From Lama glama (taxonomy: Eukaryota), in assembly GCA_028534125.1 (NCBI GenBank), contig CM052816.1:30196001-30260000 (forward strand): a stretch of 64,000 nt of DNA. The letters run 5' to 3'. The position numbers were made by a program, and so were the translations under genes. Below are positions 1-12,630 of this stretch, piece by piece; position 1 is the stretch's first letter, and every line of letters starts with the position of its first letter. The notes beneath the pieces were generated by a model. The model saw only the letters and a program-made list of their open reading frames with translations, was not told where the DNA came from and did not search any database.

Positions 1-222
1 TAAGGGGTCGGGATGACCCACTACTCTCCTCGTTGGATTATGTAAACTGTCAGCATGTTACTTTGAGGTGTATAACCCTTTGTCTCAAAAATGTGTATTA
101 CTGTTCTTTGACTGCTTATAGATGGAACAGTCCTCAGAGCTTTCCTCCCAGGTTATAACCCGCAGGTGGGTGAAAAAAATTTTTACCATTTCTTTGTTAG
201 ACTGACTGATTTTTCATTAACA
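1..222 (+). mobile_element. 3' part of an ERV-type LTR, truncated by the window start
   Basis: TATA-like GTATAA near 70 and a U5-like end ...ttttaccatttctttgttagactgactgatttttcattaaCA closing in the LTR terminal CA. It resembles artiodactyl ERV LTR ends as recalled. The TSD cannot be checked. Confidence 0.55.
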
Positions 223-224
223 GT

Positions 225-700
225 TTTCATTAGTGTTGTAGATACCTTCTTAGGAACAATGAGAAGCCATTGAAGGCTTTTCAAGCAAAAAGGGGCAGTT
301 AGTGTATTGTGATTTTCCACGTGAGACCTGGACTTGGGTAATGAACAAGAAGGTGACATAGTAGATGGATTTAATTGGATGTGGGTGTTTTGGGAAATGA
401 AGAAATCACTATGACTTTGAGGCTTCCACATCAGACTGTCACTTAGTAAGACGGTGGATACAGGGAGAGGGCCAGGATGGGGTGGAAGAGTTCATAAGTT
501 AAATTTTAGAGGTATGTTGATTTTGAGGTGTGTGTAGTATCAGCAGCTGGTTAGGCTGATCTGGAGCCAAGAAGAGAGACAGTTATGGGTATGAAAGTGG
601 TAATTTAAGCTAGTTAATTTTTTTTCGCAAGAGTGAATAAAAGCAAGAGAAAAGACCTGATGGTATATTTCTGACAGTATTTGCAGGGTGTACGAGAAAG
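225..700 (-). mobile_element. Ancient LINE-2 fragment
   Basis: Degenerate antisense L2-type text, e.g. aatgagaagccattgaaggcttttcaagca and ttggatgtggg...atgactttgaggcttc. Confidence 0.55.
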
Positions 701-3149
701 TCTCTGTGAAGTTGGTTGCCTGTGGGTTTTTAATTGTGAAGAGCTCTCACATGGAAACCTTTGCTGCAGGCTTGTAGTACCATTCTGTATTTTTGTCAGG
801 GAAACAACCTACTGAGCTTTATTTATATTTCTCTGGGCTAAGGAGGCAGTAAAAAAAATAAAATAGCATAGGGTGTGCAGAAGGATATAGTCATTATATG
901 ACCTCCTGTACATTACAAATCTTCCCAAATGTACAACATACTCCCAGCCCACAACATTCAAATGTTACATCTAGACTCCAAATTCGGTAAAATCATGTGT
1001 TCAAAATGAAATGTGAACAAAACATGACTTATGATAGAAACTCATAAAGCTATTCTCTATAGAGGACCTTTGTGGTGATAAATTTCTTCTGTTCCGCTTA
1101 ATGTCCTTGCAGGTGGAATTTTTGAACCAAGTCTTTGCTAGGTGAACTAGTTTGTAGAGAGAGAAACTTGTCTCCTTCCCAGTCCCTGTCTCTATCTTCA
1201 GTCCCACCAGATCAGTACCTTATCATTTTATCAAAGGCTATAACTTCTGGTATGAAAAAGTATATTTCTAACAGTGGCAAATATTACTCTATATGTGCTT
1301 ATGTATTTATCTTTAATTATATATTTATATATCTGGTCATAAAATAATTGGTGCCAAGTACCAGTGCTTAAGATTATTTATTTTATTATTGATATGATGC
1401 TTTTCATTGTGTGATTTGTCTAACATTGTTTGCATAAATTGTGGAAATTTATATGATATCCCCAGGAAAGCAATCAAACACAAATCTAACAAGTAGGGGA
1501 ATGTTGGCAGGCTAATTTTTCGGCATTTTGTTGAGTTTGTATTGTTACAACCACATTTTCGCTCTTAGGACTATGGGGGATGTTTAGAAATGGGCCCAAA
1601 GCCCCAAAATCCTCAATAAAGTTGCCCTTCTTAAAAGGAAATGTGTGCATTGGTAGACAGGCTTCTACATTAGTAGAATAGTTTTTAGTGTCACTGATGG
1701 GAATATTAAGTGCCAAAATTAATGTTTTAAATCCAAGGCTAGCAGGTAAGTTATTCTTTAACTAATGGCAGGGAAGGAACAAAATTCTGTTAAAGGGAAA
1801 AGAATGGGGCATTTTAACTGCACTTTAAATCAGTGGTTATCTGAACAAAGGTGCAGCAATGCCTTTGCAAATGACTTGTGAAAGAAGTTGAAATTTCTAT
1901 GGTAAGACCTGTTATTTGTGTAGATGGGATATTTTAGGGTATAGTATTTTTGCAGTAAGTTGGGACATTTTATAGATATGATATAAAAGTACCTAGTTAT
2001 AAGATATGTGTGTGTATATATATACACAAAACATTTTTGAATTTAAAAGACTAAAAAGCCTAAGTTATAATGTAATCTATTAGAAGTGGTAGGCATGTGA
2101 AATATTGCTTCAAGCTTAATACTGATGGTTTGGAGGCTTAATCAAACTGAATTAACTTCCACAGAAGTGACCCTAAGGTAGATCGTTGGTTATCATTCTC
2201 AGTTAGTCCTCTGTTTTTCTCATGTTTAATTGTCAATTTGGATACATCCAAGCAGGGACAGCTGTGGGTGATTCCTTTCCAAGCTACTCAGTTCAATTCC
2301 TGCCAAGATTTCCCCAGTGTCAATTGCACTGTCAATTATAATGTTGGTGTTTTCGGAAGAGTGCTTGAAGATTAAGACTATTTTCCAAAGGAAAATTTTA
2401 GATCTTATAATTGAATGCTTTGTGTTTATTTGAATCAGCTATTTTTTTTAACTTTATATATCATCATTTTAGAAAATAGACCCCAATTTTAGCTGTAGTG
2501 CCCTCTGGGTTGCAGGATTATAGTGGTGATTTAAATTTTCGTGTTTTGTAAACCTTTAAAATTACTTGCATTATGTTTAGTTTTAAATTATCGTGTTATT
2601 AAAGTAAGACATACAAATGGTTAAAAATTAAGATGATGATACAGGACTTCCAAATTTCTATCCCCAAAGGCCTTCATTTGCAACACTTTCAGCTATTTGT
2701 TCTATTTATATCCACTTTTAAAATATGAAAATATATTTATACTGCTGCTTAAAAAATTTCAGTCGTAGCTGTTTTCTCCTGTTTGCTAAATGGGAAAGAT
2801 GAGGCTTTGGCATTATAACCATGAACTTCCCCCCTCCCACTCCCCATTCCATCCACCCCACACGCATTCTCTCACCTTCTCACACTTTGCCTCCCTCCAG
2901 TCTACCAGTGTGGTTGTCTTATGTTTGTTTTGGTTCAATGACTATACAGGGATTACATTATTATGGCTGTGTCTACTGCCTATGTTCATATTATTCAAAG
3001 CTCAGTCTTGTAGTGTACCACTCTTGTCATCATCGGTTTATGCTTATCTCTAGTTATCACTAATTAATCTCTGAACTCTGTTAGAATGATGAGGCTCTCA
3101 CAGGGTCAGACACATCAGTTGAACTCTCAGTGTACTTTTTCCCTTAGAG

Positions 3150-3910
3150 GGATATTTACAGAGTATTTCATTCTCCTGCTCCAATCTGGACTGAAATCTT
3201 TCTTCTTTGGTGGGTTCTAAGCATCCTGGGAATTTCCTTCATTTTTTCCCCTTTGGGTGATGGGTCCTATTTTCTGTTTCCTTTGACTTCCTTTGCTTAT
3301 TGCTGTGTTTCAGTAGAGCACATTTCTCTGGTAGCTTCCTTAAAAAAAAAAAGTTGCACCACAGGTCAAACTTTTTCAGACCTCTATTTTGATAGTCTAG
3401 CTAGGTGCAGAATTTGGACCACAAATTATTTCCTCTTGGAATTTTGTAGTATTTGTCTTTTAACTTCTGGGTGAGAATTAAGATGTTTTGATTCCCAGTC
3501 TCTTCTATGACCTAATTTTTCTCTCGATAAACTTGTAGAATCCTGACTTTATTCTTAATGTTTCTGAAAAATCAGCGTAGTGTGCCTTGTTGCCAGTGTT
3601 TTTAACTCATTGCTGTGTGCATTTATACCTCACATTTATTTTGAATTATTTTGAGGTTTTCAGTGCTGGGAATGTTTTTTGTACGTTATTTCTTCAGTAG
3701 TTTTCTCTCTCTATTTTTCTGTCTTCACTCTTTCAAGTTATTTTGATGTTTGACCTCCTGGACAGAACTGTTAATTCTTCGACCCTTTCCCCCACTTTTT
3801 ACTTCAACTTTTCTGTTGATGTTTTGTTCTAATTTCTGATATCACTTTTGTAATTTCCTGGATACTTTCTTTATTTTGGAGTGTTCTTCTTTGTAGCCGT
3901 CTGTTCTTAG
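3150..3910 (-). mobile_element. Old L1M/HAL1 fragment (ORF1-region-like), antisense
   Basis: T-rich degenerate sequence with motifs such as gatagtctagctaggtgcagaattt...ttttcctcttggaattttg and gatgtttgacctcctggac, typical of antisense old L1/HAL1. Confidence 0.5.
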
Positions 3911-3924
3911 GTTTCATCTGAAAT

Positions 3925-5450
3925 TTTTCACTGAGATAATTATAGATTTACATGCAGTAGTAAGAAAAAATAGAGTTGCCATACACACTGTACTCAGTTC
4001 CCTCCAATGGAAGTATTTTGTTGAACTATAGTATAATTTCACAATTATGATATTGAAATTGCTGTAATCCACCCAGCAAATTCAGATTTCCCCAGTTGTG
4101 GTTGCACTTGTGTGGGTGTGGATTTAGTTCTACATGATTTTCTCACACATGTATGTTTGTGTATTTACCACCACAGGAAGGTTCCTTCCCCACAAGGATG
4201 CCTTGTGTTGCACTTTTATAACTAAATCTCTTCCCCCTACTTCTCCAACCTTCTTGTCTAAAATTTTGTCATTTCAAAAATACTATAAAAAGATAATCAT
4301 ACAATATGTATCTTTTTGAGGCTGATTTTTTTTTCACTAAGTGTAATGCCTTTGAGATTCATCCAAGTTGTTGTGTGTATCAAGAGCTGGCTTGTTTTTC
4401 TGCTTGATAGAACTCCATGGCGTGGATATGCCACCATCTGCTTAACTGTTCACCTGGGCTGGTTCCAGTTCTTGGCTATTCCAGATAGAGCTGCTATGAA
4501 CATTCTTGTACAGCCTTTTATGTGAATGTAAGTTTTCATTTCTCTAGGATAACTGCCCAAGAGTGTAATTGCTTGGTCATATGGTAATTGTCTGTTTATT
4601 TAGAAAAGAACCTGCCAAACTGTTTCTCAGAGTGTCTCTGCTGTCTTCTATTTGGACCAGTAATGTATGAGTGCTCTACTTCTCTTCAATTTTGCCAGAA
4701 TTTGGTGGTGTCACCATTTAAAAAAAAAAAACCAAACTTCAGCCACTGTAATAGTTGTGTAGTGCTGACACGTTGTGGTTTTTATTTTGTATTTTTCTGG
4801 TTATGAAATGGAACCTCTTTTCATGGCTTGTTTGCAATCTATGTATCTTCTTTATCGAAATGTCACTTTGTGTCTTTTGCCCACTCTGTAACTGGATTGT
4901 TCATTTTCTTGCTGTAGATTTTTGAGAGTTCCTTATATAATCTAAATGATACTCCTTTGTTGGTTTGCAGAATTTTCTCCCAGCCTGTAGGTGACCATTG
5001 TATCCTCTTTACCTAGGCTTTCAAACTGTAAATGATGAAGTCCAATTTATCAACTTTTCTTCTTACGGATTCTGATTTTGGTGTCAAGTCTAAGAACTCT
5101 TTCCCTAGCCGTAGATCTTGAAGATTTTCTTCTGTAACTTTTCTAAATGTTTTATATTTTCAGTCCGTAACCCCTTTTGAGTTAATTTTTGAATAAAGTG
5201 TGAGGTTTAGGCCTATGTTAATATTTTTACCTATGGCTGTGCAATTGCCCCAGCAGATCTGGTAAAAGAAGTTATCCCTCCTCTATTACATGCCTATTCC
5301 AATTTTGTAAAACCTGAGTTGCACACCTTTGTGTGGGACTATTTCTTGGTTCTCTGGTTCCATTGACCTTTGCGTCCAGCCCTGTGCCAATACTACACTA
5401 TCTTCAATGCTGTAGCTATACAGTAAGCCTTAATATTGGGTAGATACGTT
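3925..5450 (-). mobile_element. Old L1 (L1MB/L1MC-like) 3' UTR plus the ORF2 3' end, antisense
   Basis: Begins with the characteristic gagataattatagatttacatgcag...cagttccctccaatgg...aactatagtataatttcacaa. Continues into antisense ORF2 text (gctgctatgaacattcttgtaca, gatgaagtccaatttatcaa, tttgagttaatttttg). Confidence 0.85.
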
Positions 5451-5539
5451 GAATCTTTTATTACTGTCTTACAAGTCCGTGAGATTTGGAATAAAAATGT
5501 TAAGATCTATACAGGATCTCATTAAGAATACTAGATTAG

Positions 5540-7650
5540 ATATCAAAACCAGACAAAGACACTACCAAAAAAGAGAATTATAGACCAATATCACTGATAA
5601 ACATAAATGCCAAAATTGTCACCAAAATATTAGCAAATAGAATCCAACAGCACATAAAAAAGATTATACGTCATGACCAAGTGGGGTTCATCACAGAGAC
5701 ACGAGGGTATTTCAACATACGCAAATCAATCAATGTGATACATCACATCTACAAGAGAAAGGACAAAAACCACATGATCATCTCAATCGATGTAGAAAAA
5801 GCATTTGATAAAATTCAACACCCATTTATGATAAAAACTCTCACCAAAGTGGGTATATAAGGAACATATCTCAACATCATGAAAGCTATATATGACAAAC
5901 CTACAGCCAGCATAGTACTCAACGGTGAAAAACTCAAAAGCTTCCCACTGAAATCTGGGACAAGACAAGGATGCCCACTATCACCACACTTATTCAACAT
6001 AGCCTTGGAAGTCCTAGCCACAGAAATCAGGCAAGAGGGAGAAATAAAAGGGATCCAAATTGGAAAGGAAGAGGTAAAAGTGTCACTATATGCCAATGAC
6101 ATGTTACTATATATAGAAAACCCTAAAAGGTCCACACAAAAACTACTAGAGCTGATTGAAGAATTCAGCAAGGTAGCAGGTTACAAGATTAACGTTCAAA
6201 AATCAGTTGCATTTCTTTACACTAACGATAAATCAACAGAAAAAGAAAGTAAAGAAACAATCCCCTTTAAAATAGCACCCAAAGTAATAAAATATCTGGG
6301 AATAAATCTAACCAAGGAGGTGAAAGAATTATACACAGAAAACTACTTGATGAAGGAAATTAAAGAAGACTTAAAAAAATGGAAAGATATCCCATGCTCC
6401 TGGATTGGAAGAANNNNNNNNNNNNNNNNNNNNNNNNNNNNNNNNNNNNNNNNNNNNNNNNNNNNNNNNNNNNNNNNNNNNNNNNNNNNNNNNNNNNNNN
6501 NNNNNNNNNNNNNAGACAATACTATAGAGCTACAGTAATCAAAAACAGACATATGGACCAATGGAACAGAGAGCCCAGAAATGAACCCACAAACTTTTGG
6601 TCAACTAATCTTTGACAAAGGAGACAACAATATTCAGTGGAATAAAGACAGTCTCTTCAGCAAATGGTGTTGGGGAAACTGGACAGCAGCATGTAAAGCA
6701 ATGAAGCTAGAGCACTCCCTTATACTATACACAAAAATCAACTCAAAATGGATCAAAGACTTAAACATAAAACAAGATACAATAAACCTCCTAGAAGAAA
6801 ATATAGACAAAACATTATCTGACATACATCTCAAAAATGTTCTCCTAGGGCAGTCTACCCAAGCAATGGAAATAAAAGCAATAAGCAAATGGGACCTAAT
6901 GAAACTTACAAGCTTCTGCACAGCAAAGGAAGCCATAAGTAAAACAAAAAGACAACCTACAGAATGGGAGAAAATTTTTCCAAATGAAACCATCAGAGGC
7001 TTGATCTCCAGAATATATAAGCAGCTCATATGACTTAATAAGAAAAACAGAAACAACCCAATCCAAAAATGGGCAAAAGACCTAAACAAGCAATTCTCCA
7101 AGGAAGAAATCCAAAGATCAATAGGCACATGAAAAAATGCTCAATATCACTAATTATCAGAAAAATGCAAATCAAAACTACAATGAGGTATCAGCTCACA
7201 CCAGTCAGAATCGCCATCATTCAAAAATCCACAAATGACAAATGCTGGAGAGGCTGTGGAGAAAAGGGAACCCTCCTACACTGCTGGTGGGAATGCAGTT
7301 TGATGCAGCCACTGTGGAGAACAGTATGGAGATTCCTCAAAAGACTAGGAATAGAATTACCATATGACCCAGGAATCCCACTCCTGGGCATATATCCAGA
7401 AGGAACCCTGCTTCAAAAAGACACCTGCACCCCAATGTTCATAGCAGCACTATTTACAATGGCCAAGACATGGAAACAGCCTAGATGTCCATCAACAGAT
7501 GACTAGATAAAGAAGATGTGGTATATTTATACAGTGGAATACTATTCAGACGTAAAAACTGACAACATAATGCCATTTGCAGCAACATGGATGTACCTGG
7601 AGAATGTCCAGTGAAGTAAGTGACACTTCACTTACTAAGTGAAGTAAGCC
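5540..7650 (+). pseudogene. Disrupted L1 ORF2 (reverse transcriptase and C-terminal Cys-rich domain)
   Basis: ORF-track segments 5879-6538, 6581-7033 and 7069-7506 are consecutive ORF2 pieces separated by stops, frameshifts and the N gap. The catalytic motif reads YAND. Confidence 0.95.
6414..6513. other. Assembly gap (100 N) inside L1
   Basis: Run of exactly 100 N. Confidence 1.
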
Positions 7651-8199
7651 AGAAAGAGAAAGAAAAATACCATATGAGATTGCTCATATGTGGAATCTAA
7701 AAAAAAAACCAACAAGAAAACAAATACAAAACAGAAACAGACTCATAGACATAGAATACAAACTTGTAGTTGCCAAGGGGGCGGGAGGTGGGAAGGGACA
7801 GATTGGAACTTCAAAATGTAGAATAGATAAATAAGATTATACTGTATAGCACTGGGAAATATATACAAGATCTTATGGTAGCTCACAGAGGAAATGTGAC
7901 AATGAATATATATATGTTCATGTATAACTGAAAAATTGTGCTCTACACTGGAATTTGACACAACTTTGTAAAATGATTATAACTCAATAAAAAATGTTAA
8001 AGAGTGAAAAAAAAAGAATACTAGATAAGGAGCTAGAAAATCTGGATACAAGAAGAGACTGAGGTTTTAACAACCTGGCAGTGTGAACTTAATTGGGCTT
8101 ATTAGTAGTAAGTAAAATAAACTGTCAATAATGATAAGATACCTTTTATACAATCATTCTTACGAGTCAAGATTTAAAATTATAACCACATTTAATTTT

Positions 8200-8665
8200 T
8201 TAGAATTTTTATTGTAGTAAAATATGCATAAAATTTCACATTTTTAAGTATTTTTCAAGTGTATAATTTGGGGACATTGATACATTCACACTGTTGTGCA
8301 ACAACACCACTATTCATATCCAGAGCTTTTTAAAAATCATCCCAAGGAGAAACTCTACAAATTAAGTAATAACTCCCCATTTCCTCCTCCCCTCAGCCCC
8401 TAGTAGTGACCAGCCTACTTTCTGCCTCTATGAATTTACTCATTCTAGATACCTCATGTAAGTAGTCATGTGATATTTGTCCTTTTGTTGCTGTTTTATT
8501 TAAAACAACATTTTCAAGATTCATTGGAATTGAGCATGTGTTAGAATTTCAATCCTTTTTATGGCTGAATACTATTCCATTGTATGTATATACCACATTT
8601 TGTTTATCCATTCATCTATTGATAGACATTTGAATTGTTTCTACTTTTTGGCTATTTATATGCTT
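8200..8665 (-). mobile_element. L1MB-like 3' end, antisense
   Basis: Characteristic text tttttattgtagtaaaatat...tacattcacactgttgtgcaac...aataactccccatttcctcctccc...tttatggctgaatactattccattgtatgtatataccacattttgtttatccattcatc. Confidence 0.88.
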
Positions 8666-10734
8666 TAAAATTTTTAGATTCTTATAAGAACATTGTGAGA
8701 TGAGTATTATCATTCCATTTTAACCACTCAAGGAGAGGTTCAGTTAAACAGGTGGCTGAAGTTCTCATAGAAATCAAGTAGTTTTAAATGAGTCTGAATT
8801 GATAAAGTGAGCAAAGTAAGACTGAACTTGAGATATTATCAGATACATGGTTTTTAGTCATTACAGATTGCCTCAGGAGTGAGCAAAGAGTCTGAGGAGC
8901 TGCTGATACTAGCTCTCTAAATCCCCAACTTTAACCATGGGTGCTCCATTTTTAAGTGATTTACACTTAGCTTGAACAATATATTCTGTTTCTGGAATCA
9001 ATCTAGAAGAAATGCTTTAAATGAAATAAATATCCTTTCTCTCAAGTCTGAATTTTCCAACAATATCTGTTTTGATAAGAAACATGCCTGAAAGTTTGCA
9101 GGGTGATTTACTAGCTTAGGACAAGGAAAGGGCTGTGGTTTTCTAAGTAAGTCTGGGAATCTCTATAGGGAAAAGTTGTGCAATATACCCTCAAAGATTA
9201 CTCACTCTCATCTCTTGTGCATCTTTCTGTGTTATCTCCACCTTTCATTGTCGTTGAGCGATTTTATAATGATCTTTGTAGACAACTAGTAACAATGCAA
9301 GTAACTCTTGTCCATAGAAATATAAGTCAGTTTCATCTGGTGGAATGCAATTGATTATTATCCCATGGGAAAGACAGTCTTGTGTATTTTTATAAATGTG
9401 TTTTAGAATTTTGATTGACTCATATAAATGAGGTCAACATTTTACCAGTAGTAACATCGTACTAAACCCCACATTAATGAATAAATTAAATAAAATCTTT
9501 GTGAGTGTTCATTTTATATTTGTATGAGTCATGATATTACATTTTTTGAGAAAATAATTATTTAACAACACATTGACCTGGAATTTAAGGTAACCAATCC
9601 AAGGCCTGGAGATTTCACTCTTGGCCAAGCCTGGGAGAAATTCCAAAGAGAAGAAAATCCTTTCCTAAGTGCCTAGAGGAACTCATAAAACCACTGACAG
9701 GATCACAGAATTCTGGAGTTGCATGAGCGGACCCCAGAGGTGATGACTTCTCTCCATCTGTCTCCTCCCATTGTCGGGGTTGAAGTTGAAACCCAGCAGC
9801 TCAGTAACAAGCTCAGAGTCATCTGTGGGGAGTTGCAGGCTTGGAGGCAATTCCAAGGCTCAAATTAGGTCTCAATTTTACAGCAAGGGAACACTGGTTG
9901 GACTGGAGTTTTCCATGTTATTAGAAAATACAGGAATTTTGTAAATGGAAGCAGAGAATGTTTGAAATAGACAGAAAATGCACTCTGCTGATAAGAGAAC
10001 TGTACAGACACATCGACCCAATCCAAGCACCAGGTTGCCTCCACTTTCATGAACTTTTACCTCGAGATGATTGAAATAACTTTGCAACTTTATTTCTATT
10101 ATATGTTATTCATGTAGTTGCTTTTGTGATACATAAATATTGGCATCCTCAACATTTTAGGCTAGTAGTATGTTGAGGTAAGTAGATTGAAAATGGGCTG
10201 CATTGTTAAATAAAATATTTAAGTTTATTCTTTATTTTTACTTTATAAATAACCAGGAAGGATGTTAAATATTAAGAGTTGGAACTGAACCTATCAGCAT
10301 GTATCAGGAGACTTTAATCTGGAAAATTCACTTAGTTGTGAAGGGAACACATGTTTTTCTCAAAGGAAAGAAACAAAGATCACAAACCTTATGTACCAGA
10401 TTACTTTCTTAATATATATATATCATAGATAGAGTAAGTGACATTTCAGTACAAAGGGAAACTTGCTATTGTCATTTCATCATGGCTCTTAGGCAGAATA
10501 CAGATATTAAGAATGAAGAAAATGAATATGTTATATGCTTCTGAATCATGTTTGTGTTGTTCCTTTAAGATGGTTTCTCACTCTCTGGCATATGAAGTTT
10601 GTATAGTTTTTAAGAATAGACCCTTTTCCTTCTGAATACTTACCCTGAGCTTGTTCGCGCTCTCACTTTGGACCTGGAGAACTTAGGCATTGGTATCATT
10701 GACTCAGCAGTCAAAGCAACCTTATGTTTGTTCC

Positions 10735-11030
10735 TATTCACTCATTAATTCAACATCATTTATTGAGAACCTCTATGAACCAAGGTCTGAGCTAAGTGTT
10801 ATCACTCGTCTTTGGTCTTGAGGGATGAAGAAAAGTTTTGCAGGTGGAAATAGAATGTTGAAAAGTTGGAACAGCATCATCTGCAAAGGCATAGCCTGGT
10901 GAAAGGACATGGCGTTTTTCAGAAAAGTGTCAATACCTAGATCATAGAGTCCTCATAGTGTTTGGAATTGAAGTTGGAGAGGGAGGTGAGGAAATCCTGC
11001 TTTCAAGGGGATTATACCATGATAAGAAAT
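10735..11030 (-). mobile_element. LINE-2 3' fragment
   Basis: ttcactcattaattcaacatcatttattgagaacctctatg is the reverse complement of the L2 3' terminus, followed by L2-like purine-rich text. Confidence 0.65.
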
Positions 11031-11384
11031 CTGGTCACGTTGTTATAGTTAAATTACCTTTTGCTGCTTCTTTATAACTGGATTATATGTTTCTGGATCC
11101 CAGAGATTACATAGCATATTCTTAGTTATTTGGAGATTTTTATATATTGTTTATTTCCTGGATTTACTTAATAAAATACAGTAATGATTTTGTAGCAGTT
11201 ATTGCTGATTTTTTCTTAGTATACATTCTATCCTTTCCCCCAGTGTAGAATCCGTATGTTTCAGCAGGCATTTGGCAGGACAGAAATGTGTAGATGTGTT
11301 TGTGTATGTGTGTGTACATGAACATACGTTCTAAGTGGAAGGTCCCTGCACAGCTGGAAGTCCATGAAAACATGGACTTAATAT

Positions 11385-11465
11385 TTTGTTCTTGGCTGTT
11401 CCCCAGAGCCTAGGACAGTGTCAGCCGTGTTGCAGGTGTTGAACAAATCTTTGCTGAATTGATTA
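11385..11465 (+). mobile_element. LINE-2 3' terminal fragment
   Basis: ccccagagcctaggacagtgtc...caggtgttgaacaaatctttgctgaattga resembles the L2 3' end. Confidence 0.6.
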
Positions 11466-12139
11466 AACAATTAATCTAGACAATAGGGGTTCGAGTGATG
11501 TGGCTTTGTGACGAAAGAAAACATATTAAAAATGCACAACTTGTACTTTGGAGTACATAATTGGAACTGAGAAATAAAGAATTCAAACAGGTTGAGATAT
11601 TACACATTTCCTTCATGTATGCTGAAAGATGAGGGGTAAAAGATAGTTTTCCAGTGCCTCATTTTTTGGGGAAAATAAAAGTGAAAAAGATAGATGGAAA
11701 AATGACACAAGAAAGATAGAAAAAAACCTGAACATCCAAGAGAAAAATAGATTTCAACAAAGAAAACTGAAGGAAGGACTGGTTAGTTATTAGTTGGATA
11801 ATTAATCAGAGAACACATTGCAGTAGGAAAAACTGCACTGCGAGACTATCAAGTGAGAGTGGCTTCTGACACCCAGGAGTCTAGGGTCTTAAATTGGTGT
11901 GAGTTTGTGTTTGAGCAAGAGAGTCCTCATACTTTCCCAATGCAAAGCTAAGGTGCAAAACCTGGTGTTGAGAGTCATGCCTCGAGTTTAGTTTTGTGTG
12001 AATAATTTTAAAGGGGACAAAGCCTAATTTGCCCTATTTTATGTTTTGCATATTACGTTGAAAACAGAATTTATTCAGATAATATTGATAGAATGATTGA
12101 AATTTTCAAAATAAAGGAAATTACCAGTATGATATGTTC

Positions 12140-12630
12140 TCACTCAGCCATTCAAAAATATTTAATAAAGACCTACTGTGTGCAGACACTGGGTGGCTGC
12201 TAAGGGGAAAAATGGTGAATGAGGCAACAGCAGTTCTTGTTCTGACAACTTCCATTCAAGGGAAAGAGTGAAGTTCACACATACTCACACACAAGGGGAC
12301 TAGAGAAAATAATAGCGAATTCCTATTTCTTATGAAGGACATGAACAAAAAGCAGAGAGAGAAAGTGATGCAGAGTGAAGTAATTCTTTTGCATAGCCTG
12401 ACAGAGAAAACTCTGAGATGAACTTAAGCTGACACCTTAAGATGAGAAGAAAATGATATGAGAAGAGCTGGGGGATGAGTGATCTTGGCAGAGGGAACAG
12501 TAAGTGAAAAGGTCCCAGGGAGAGAGTTTTTTACCCCAGAATTGTGGAGAGCTCAGGTGTCCAGGGTATAGTGAACAAAGAGGAAAGTGGAAAAGGCTCA
12601 GCTTGGAACACAGGAGAGGCTAGACCGTGA
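12140..12630 (-). mobile_element. LINE-2 fragment
   Basis: cattcaaaaatatttaataaagacctactgtgtgcagacactg...taagctgacaccttaagatgagaag...ggcagagggaacagtaagtgaaaaggtccc is typical antisense L2. Confidence 0.75.

Larger units (their letters stand above)
5537..8013 (+). mobile_element. Young 5'-truncated LINE-1 (camelid-type), from the RT domain to the poly(A) tail
   Basis: Encodes ORF2 peptides [18 protein letters not shown] and [18 protein letters not shown]. Has a 3' UTR with AATAAA near 7986 and a short A tail. A 13-bp TSD AAGAATACTAGAT lies at 5524-5536 and 8014-8026, preceded by TT (TT/AAGA endonuclease-type site). Contains a 100-N gap. Confidence 0.97.

Noticed and set aside
5783..7128. Minus-strand ORFs over L1 copy 1, and plus-strand ORFs 14384-14785 and 15152-15718 over copy 2
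   Set aside because: These are the usual antisense open frames of L1 ORF2 and the 3' UTR. Their hydrophobic look comes from T-richness, not from a real membrane protein.
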